Shown here piece by piece: positions 51,567 to 64,000 of a stretch of 64,000 nt of DNA. The translations under genes and the position numbers were made by a program. The notes beneath the pieces were generated by a model. It made no database searches and had not been told where the DNA came from. It saw nothing but the letters and a program-made list of their open reading frames with translations. The first letter of the stretch is position 1. Every line of letters begins with the position of its first letter. Origin of the DNA: Eledone cirrhosa (Eukaryota); the NCBI GenBank assembly GCA_964016885.1, contig OZ024745.1, forward strand, positions 80,414,001 through 80,478,000, in the 5' to 3' direction.

Positions 51567-52457
51567 CTAGCAGTAAAGCTAGCTGTGTTAAAGTTACAAT
51601 GTTAAGTTTCTTTCTTGGCTTAAAACTGTAGTGTCTACTGTGCAGACTTGCATGTGGTGTTTTTGATTAATATTCCCTCAACCAACAATATGCCTTATGA
51701 AGTTAAGAAAACATAACGATAACCCGAATGTTATAACAAAAGAGGATGCTGGGGATAGAAACTGCACTGGTTATTTATTAACAAAGATCGAAAATGTAAA
51801 CACTGCAACGCAGAGAAAAACATTAGCGTAACCAAATTATCAGTTATGTCTGTCTGCACGCCTATATCACCTCTCTGCACGACTGTCTGTCTGCACGACT
51901 GTCTGTCTGCACGACTGTCTGTCTGCACGCCTATATCACCTCTCTGCACGACTGTCTGTCTGCACGCGTATATCACCTCTCTGCACGACTGTCTGTCTGG
52001 ACGACTGTCTGTCTGCACGCCTAACGACGAAATATTTGCTTGTTTTACGTAGTCTTTAAATAGACTTGTTTTCAAGTAAAAATATTGTTTTAAAATGCTT
52101 TTAAATGGAAATGTGAAGCAAAACGGAAGCTTAGTGTTCGAACTGATGAATTTTGCAGGTCAATATTTTGCTGGCTCAACAACTGTTAAAGCCAGCGTAA
52201 TTTATTACGTAAGACGCTCAATGTAAACAGAACAAAGGGAAATAACTGATAACTTACGCTCAAAAATCGATACATTATATTCGATTTCGTCACATAGGGT
52301 GGGTCAATTTGAAATTTTTTTTTTTCCGATGTCTTCGCTAGGGCTCAATGTACAAGTATAGCAATCTCGGTGCAATTCCGTGAGAGATTCTAAGAGGAGA
52401 TGTGTGCCAAAAATCGATAGACAGACAGACAACCACAGTTTTATATATATATATAGA
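51567..52457 (-). mobile_element. Non-autonomous Helitron-like element with internal minisatellite
   Basis: Minus-strand 5' TCTATATATATATATAAAACTGTGGTTGTCTGTCTG; CTAG terminus at 51567-51570; CTGTCTGCACGA repeats at ~51847-52020. Confidence 0.7.
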
Positions 52458-52517
52458 TAATATATATTTAAATATAATATATATATATATATATATTTGT
52501 AAAACTGTTATATATTG

Positions 52518-52582
52518 TATTTTGTCTGATGAAGGCATACCATAATTTAATGTGGTATCCCTGAAATATGTATAATGAAATA
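52518..52582 (+). ncRNA. Type I hammerhead ribozyme motif (family C)
   Basis: TATTTTGT-CTGATGA-AGGCATACCATA atttaa TGTGGTATCCCT-GAAA-TATGTA-TA-ATGAAATA. Confidence 0.78.
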
Positions 52583-52621
52583 AATATGGTTTTATAAATA
52601 TAGTTTCCATTTATTAATATC

Positions 52622-52624
<3 letters not shown>

Positions 52625-52667
<43 letters not shown>

Positions 52668-52756
52668 ATATTATATATAATATAATATTATATATATATA
52701 TAATATAATATTATATATATATATAATATATATATAATATAATATTATATATAATA

Positions 52757-52798
<42 letters not shown>

Positions 52799-52859
52799 TA
52801 TATATATATATATATAATATATTATATATATATATATTATATATATAATATATTATATA

Positions 52860-52899
<40 letters not shown>

Positions 52900-53012
52900 T
52901 ATATATATATATATATATATAATATATTATATAATATATTATATATATATATAATATATTATATATATTATATATATTATATATATATTATATATATATA
53001 TATATATAATAT

Positions 53013-53057
<45 letters not shown>

Positions 53058-53181
53058 TATATTATATATATATTATATATATATATATATATATAATATT
53101 ATATATATATATATATAATATATTATATATATATAATATATTATATATATATAATATATTATATATATAATATATTATATA

Positions 53182-53219
<38 letters not shown>

Positions 53220-53223
53220 TATA

Positions 53224-53263
<40 letters not shown>

Positions 53264-53334
53264 TATATATATATATATATATAATATATTATATAATATA
53301 TTATATATATATTATATATATATATAATATATTA

Positions 53335-53379
<45 letters not shown>

Positions 53380-53415
53380 TATATATATTATATATATATA
53401 TATATATATAATATT

Positions 53416-53446
<31 letters not shown>

Positions 53447-53943
53447 TATATAATATATTATATATATATATATATATATATAATATATTATATATATATA
53501 ATATATATTATATATAATATAATATATATATATATATATTATATATATTATGTATATATAATATAATATATATATATATATTATATGTATATATAATATA
53601 ATATATATATATATATTATATGTATATATATAATATATATATATATATTATATATATGTATATATATAATATATATATATATATTATATATATACATATA
53701 TATAATATAATATATATATATATATTATATATATACATATATATAATATATTATATATATATAATATATTATATATATATATATAATATAATATATTATA
53801 TATATATATTATATATATATATATAATATAATATATTATATATATATAATATATTATATATATATATATAATATAATATAATATATATAATATAATATAT
53901 ATATATATAATATAATATTATATATATATATAATATATATATA

Positions 53944-54019
<76 letters not shown>

Positions 54020-54180
54020 TAATATATATATATATATATAATATATATAATATATATATATATATATAATATATTATATATATATATATATATATAATAT
54101 ATATATATATAATATATATATATATATATAATATATTATATATATATATATATATAATATATTATATATATATATATATA

Positions 54181-54222
<42 letters not shown>

Positions 54223-54381
54223 TATATATATATATATATATTATATATATATATATAATATATTATATATATATATATATATTATATATATATATATAAT
54301 ATATTATATATATATATATATATTATATATATATATATAATATATTATATATATATATATATATTATATATATATATATAT

Positions 54382-54434
<53 letters not shown>

Positions 54435-55441
54435 GTAATATATATATATATAATATATATAATATTATATATATATATGTAATATATATATATATATATA
54501 ATATATATAATATTATATATATATATGTAATATATATATATATATATAATATATATAATATAATATTATATATATATGTAATATATATATATATATATAA
54601 TATATATAATATAATATTATATATATATATAATATATTATATATAATATATTATATATATATATATAATATAATATATATATATATATAATATATTATAT
54701 ATATATAATATATTATATATAATATAATATATTATATTATATATATATATAATATATTATATATATATATATAATATAATATATATATATATATAATATA
54801 TTATATATATATAATATATTATATATAATATAATATATTATATTATATATATATATAATATATTATATATATATAATATAATATTATATATATATATATA
54901 ACATAATATAATATAATATTATATATATATATAATATAATATAATATTATATATAATATAATATAATATTATATATAATATAATATTATATATATATATA
55001 ATATAATATTATATATAATATAATATAATATTATATATAATATAATATATATATATATAATATAATATTATATATATATATAATATAATATAATATTATA
55101 TATAATATAATATTATATATATAATATAATATAATATTATATATAATATAATATTATATATATATATAATATATAATATTATATATAATATAATATTATA
55201 TATATATATAATATATAACATTATATTATATATATATATATATATAATATATTATATATATATATATATATATAATATATTATATATATAATATAATATA
55301 ATATATATAATATAATATATTATATTATATATTATATATATATATATATATATAATATATTATATATATAATATAATATATATAATATAATATATTATAT
55401 TATATATAATATAATATAATATTATATATATAATATAATAT

Positions 55442-55477
<36 letters not shown>

Positions 55478-55480
55478 ATA

Positions 55481-55527
<47 letters not shown>

Positions 55528-57176
55528 ATATAATTGTGTCTACTTTAGACACAGGGCCAGCAATTACCCAGTGCATTACTGGTACTTTATTTTATCGACC
55601 CCGTAAGGATGAAAGGCAAAGTCAACCTCGGCGGGATTTGAACTCAGATCGTAAAGGGACGTAACTATGCTGGAAAGCATGGCGTCCGACCCTCTACCGA
55701 TACTATAATATAATATTATATATATATATAATATATATATATATATATAATATAATATATATATATATATATATAAAATATAATATTATATATATATATA
55801 TATATAATATTATATATATATATATATATAATATTATATATATACTATAATATATATATAATGTAATATTATATATATATAATATAATATATATATAATA
55901 TAATATTATATATATATAATATAATATTATATATATATAATATAATATTATATATATAATATAATATATATATAATATAATATTATATATATATAATATA
56001 ATATTATATATATATAATATAATATATATATAATATAATATTATATATATATAATATAATATTATATATATAATATAATATATATATAATATAATATTAT
56101 ATATATATAATATAATATTATATATATATAATATAATATATATATAATATAATATTATATATATATAATATAATATTATATATATATAATATAATATTAT
56201 ATATATAATATAATATATATATAATATAATATTATATATATATAATATAATATTATATATATATAATATAATATATATATAATATAATATTATATATATA
56301 TAATATAATATTATATATATATAATATAATATTATATATATAATATAATATTATATATATATATATAATTATATATATATAATATAATATTATATATATA
56401 TAATATATTATATATATATAATATATTATATATATATAATATATTATATATATATAATATATTATATATATTATATATATAATATAATATATATATAATA
56501 TAATATATATATAATATATTATATATAATATATATATATAATATTATATATATATATATATATATAATATAATATATATATAATATATATATATAATATT
56601 ATATATATATATAATATATTATATACATATTATAATATATATATATAATATAATATTATATATATAATATTTATATGTATAATATATATGTATAATATAT
56701 ATATATAATATATTATATATATATATATATATATAATATAGAATAGAATATAATATAATATAATATAATATAATATAATATAATATAATATTATATATAT
56801 ATATATATATAATATATTATATATATAATATTATATATATATATATATATAATATATTATATATATAATATTATATATATATATATATATATAATATATT
56901 ATATATATAATATTATATATATATATATAATATATTATATATATAATATTATATATATATATATATAATATAATATATATATATTATATATATATATATA
57001 TATATAATATTATATATATAATATATTATATATATAATATTATATATATAATATAATATATATAATATAATATATATAATATAATATATATAATATAATA
57101 TATATAATATAATATTATATATATAATATTATATATATATATAATATAATATAATATTATATATATAATATAATAT

Positions 57177-57207
<31 letters not shown>

Positions 57208-57426
57208 ATATAACATTATATATATATATAATATAACATTATATATATATATAATATAACATTATATATATATATAATATAACATTATATATATATATAA
57301 TATAACATTATATATATATATAATATAATATTATATATATATAATATAATATATATATATATATAATATATATACATATAATATAATATTATATATATAT
57401 ATAATATATTATATATAATATAATAT

Positions 57427-57458
<32 letters not shown>

Positions 57459-57928
57459 ATAATATTATATATATATATAATATATTATATATATATATAT
57501 AATATATTATATATATATATATAATATATTATATATACATTTAATATAATATTATGTATATATATAATATATTATATATACATATAATATAATATAATAT
57601 TATATATATTTAATATAATATTATATATACATATAATATTATATAATATATATATAATATAATATAATATACATATAATATAATATATATATATATATAA
57701 TATAATATTATATATACATATAATATAATATATATATATATATATATAATATATATTATATATATAATATAATATTATATATACATATAATATAATATAA
57801 TATATATATATAATATAATATTATATATACATATAATATATATATTATATATATATATATATATATAATATTATATATAATATAATATAATATATATATA
57901 TAAATATAATATTATATATATATATATA

Positions 57929-58015
<87 letters not shown>

Positions 58016-58230
58016 AATATATATATATTATATATATATATATAAAGTATATATATAATATATATATAAATATATATATATTATATATATATATATAAAG
58101 TTATATATATAATATATATATATATATATTATATATATATATATATATATAATATATATATATATAATATTATATATATATATATATAATATATATATAA
58201 TATTATATATATATATATATATAATATATA

Positions 58231-58273
<43 letters not shown>

Positions 58274-58401
58274 TATATATATAATATATATATATATAAT
58301 ATATATATATATTATATATATATATAATATATATATATATATATTATATATATTATATATATATTATATATATATATAATATTATATATATATTATAATA
58401 T
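52625..58401. repeat. Very long (TA)n-derived array
   Basis: Almost pure A/T; one SINE inside. Confidence 0.97.
55531..55704 (-). mobile_element. SINE family A
   Basis: Reverse-complement match. Confidence 0.92.
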
Positions 58402-58601
58402 NNNNNNNNNNNNNNNNNNNNNNNNNNNNNNNNNNNNNNNNNNNNNNNNNNNNNNNNNNNNNNNNNNNNNNNNNNNNNNNNNNNNNNNNNNNNNNNNNNN
58501 NNNNNNNNNNNNNNNNNNNNNNNNNNNNNNNNNNNNNNNNNNNNNNNNNNNNNNNNNNNNNNNNNNNNNNNNNNNNNNNNNNNNNNNNNNNNNNNNNNNN
58601 N
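58402..58601. other. Assembly gap (200 N)
   Basis: Run of N. Confidence 1.
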
Positions 58602-59443
58602 ACACTGTTTCAATGTAGAAATATTAGTTCATATAAAAACAGGCACTATAATGTAAATATCAGTATTCTTGAATGAGATACGTATCTATAATGTGTGAAA
58701 AGTAATGATCATATGTCTAGTTTTAAAAATTCATATGTTTATATCATAACTATAAACATCGATGTGAATTTACGTGATCAGCTCTGCAAACTCCTATTTC
58801 ACACGGAAAACATTCTCATTGTGCTATAAAAATTCAAGTATACATATATGTGTATATATACACATATATATAGAGTCTATATTAATTTTAACAATACTAT
58901 TCATGTCTTTACTCTACATGATTATCGATCAAGCAGAAATAGAGAACAGATTTCAATATATTAATAAAAATATCAGAAACAAAAAACAAAAATAATAATA
59001 AATAAATAAAACAGAAAACTAAAAAATATTAAATATTAAGAATAAAAATATTAAAAATATTAAAAAATATTAAAATAATAAAAATAAAAACATAGTATGC
59101 CACGCAAATCGACCACAAAGATCAACCCTTCAAAGTTAATTGACAATATATTGCCAAGTTCATTATAAGCATCAGAGTCAAAAACAGATAAAACCAAAAA
59201 TTATTTACCAAATCCTGTCTAGCAGAAATCATTTCAAAAGTTTAGGATACCCATTTGGTCTACATATGTTCTTATATTTAATATAGAAGTTTATCTAGTG
59301 TAACATTTATTCGATATATTTGGAGCATCAACTTTTAGGGTAGTTTAATTATTCATGAAGAATGTTTAAAATAAAAATAAAAAGAAGAAATCGAAAGATT
59401 TATCGGCTAGTTTCATAAATAATTACAAATCAAACTAAATATA

Positions 59444-60031
59444 CTACATTTTAAATTTAAATTTATATTTAAAAGTTGAGTTCAATCTATGTCTGCAGCA
59501 ACTGAATAAATTTGTCCGTAGATTAAGGGAATTTTTAGATTTTAGTATAAAGAATATCTCCTCCGCGCAGAGGTCACATGTCTCAGAGGATGAATTAAAA
59601 GGAATCCCTCTTGAGACTATATTCCAAGCCGTCGAATATCTAACGTTATCATGCCTAAGTTGCCAGAGTACGCCTGATAGTGCTGTTGAAGATTTTTTGC
59701 TTGGATCTGTGAAAGAATTCTTGTGGTTATTATAGCGAAGTTTAAATTCCGTCGATGTGGAACCAACGTAGTTAAAAGAATTAAAGTCCGTTTTAACATT
59801 ACAGTTGTATATTATATTTTTAACTAAGCAGTTGTTATTTAACGGACATTTAGATCTATCTCTACAGTTACATTTGTTAACTTGGATATTATTTATGCTA
59901 TTATCGCTAGGTTTTAAGTTCCTATTATTTATTCTATTAATATTTTGTGCTAAATTTTTGGTGGATGAGTAGGTTAATTTTATAGTATGTCTATTGAAAA
60001 TTGAGTGATACCTATGTGTTCTAGGGAATTT
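59444..60031 (-). mobile_element. Penelope-like element (Naiad-type) C-terminal GIY-YIG endonuclease, 5'-truncated at (TA)n
   Basis: Stop-free 195 codons: KFPRTHRYHSIFNRHTIKLTYS..CNCRDRSKCPLNNNCLVKNIIY..YVGSTSTEFKLRYNNHKNSF..TALSGVLWQL..CDLCAEE..LNLRTNLFSCCRH..*; no upstream start codon, so missing from the ORF track. Confidence 0.92.
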
Positions 60032-63095
<3,064 letters not shown>

Positions 63096-63163
63096 TATTT
63101 ATTTATATACACGCTTACACACACACACATATTTATATGTGCGTGGTTTTGTTTACCTATGGT

Positions 63164-63623
63164 AATAAAGCAATGCAGATATCGGATAAGAAGCACTCTA
63201 CAGTTTGTAGGACTGGAGTATACATCATATATAAGAACGAAAGATGGTTAAAAGAGGTCCATGTATTTTATTATGCGCATTTGAAAAACAAATATCATCA
63301 TGCAATAATATGTGTTTTCATCAGATAAAACAGGAAGACATAATATGAAGGTTAAAAAACACTTGTGGATAGTGCAGTTTTAAATCAACATAAATATGTT
63401 GATTTAAAACTGCACTATCCACAAGTGTTTTTTAACCCTCATATCATGTCTTCCTGTTTTATCTGATGAAAACAAATATTATTGCATGATGATATTTGTT
63501 TATGAAATGCGCATAATAAAATACATGGACCTCTTTTAACCATCTTTTGTTCTTATATATTATGTATACTCCAGTCCTACAAACTGTAGAGTGCTTCTTA
63601 TCCGATATCTGCATTGCTTTATT
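63164..63623. mobile_element. Hammerhead family C fold-back, ~228 bp arms
   Basis: Palindrome centred on AAAT (63392-63395); one hammerhead motif per arm. Confidence 0.9.
63455..63523 (+). ncRNA. Type I hammerhead ribozyme motif
   Basis: TGTTTTAT-CTGATGA-AAACAAATATTATT gcat GATGATATTTGTTT-AT-GAAA-TGCGCA-TA-ATAAAATA. Confidence 0.75.
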
Positions 63624-63663
63624 GTACTACAATAAAACTCACCTCCTACATATATATTATATG

Positions 63664-63708
<45 letters not shown>

Positions 63709-63942
63709 GTCATTTAACATCTGTTTTCCCTATTAGCAAGGGTTGGACATGTCATCACAGAACCTTTGTCCTCCAGGTGGGCCGGGGCCTGACATACGAT
63801 CCTGCACTCAACTGAATGCAAAGCCTTAAATCGCTTAAAAAAAGCTTCAGGCACTGCTTGATATGTGACATTTTTTGTGATGTGATGTGTGTGTGTGTGT
63901 ATATATTTATGTATATATATATATATAATATATATACATATA

Positions 63943-64000
63943 CTAGCTAAACTACCCGTCCTTTGGACGGTACAAGTAGCTTTCGATGTAGCTCATTAAA
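63943..64000 (-). mobile_element. Helitron 3' terminus; element runs off the right edge
   Basis: A|CTAG at 63943-63946, then hairpin CCGTCC-ttt-GGACGG about 10 bp inside. Confidence 0.7.

Noticed and set aside
58353-58613. ORFs containing X runs
   Set aside because: Artefact of the N gap
59380-59443. SECIS element or selenocysteine, as reported for some Naiad elements
   Set aside because: No in-frame TGA in the visible endonuclease frame, and the downstream ATGA has no pairing helix
59617-59799. 60-aa ORF in the track
   Set aside because: Alternative frame of the GIY-YIG coding segment

Overview
AT-rich, repeat-dominated eukaryotic DNA. The SINE/RTE-LINE repertoire and very long (TA)n arrays suggest an octopus-like cephalopod (inference). 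The only host gene I can support is the first coding exon of CLEC16A (ema/gop-1 family; 42119-42195, +) with a tandem CCAAT promoter; the rest of the window appears to lie in its first intron. Most other sequence is transposon-derived: a mariner transposase with an in-frame deletion, four Helitron-type elements, RTE, CR1, Vingi and CRE-like LINE fragments, a Merlin fragment, a piggyBac-type MITE, a complete non-autonomous LTR element (tRNA-Trp PBS, GGTC TSD) and many tRNA-derived SINEs. The most notable signal is invisible in the ORF track. At least six unrelated families of short non-coding elements sit in (TA)n tracts and carry type I hammerhead-ribozyme motifs (CUGANGA-stem II-GAAA-short, often palindromic stem III-UH), with compensatory base changes between copies. 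They are often folded back into long palindromes whose breakpoints fall in hammerhead stem II. A stop-free 195-codon Penelope-like (Naiad-type) GIY-YIG endonuclease fragment abuts a (TA)n array at 59444-60031. Together these suggest a (TA)n-targeting Penelope/ribozyme retro-system. All structures were read by eye; none has been computed or tested.
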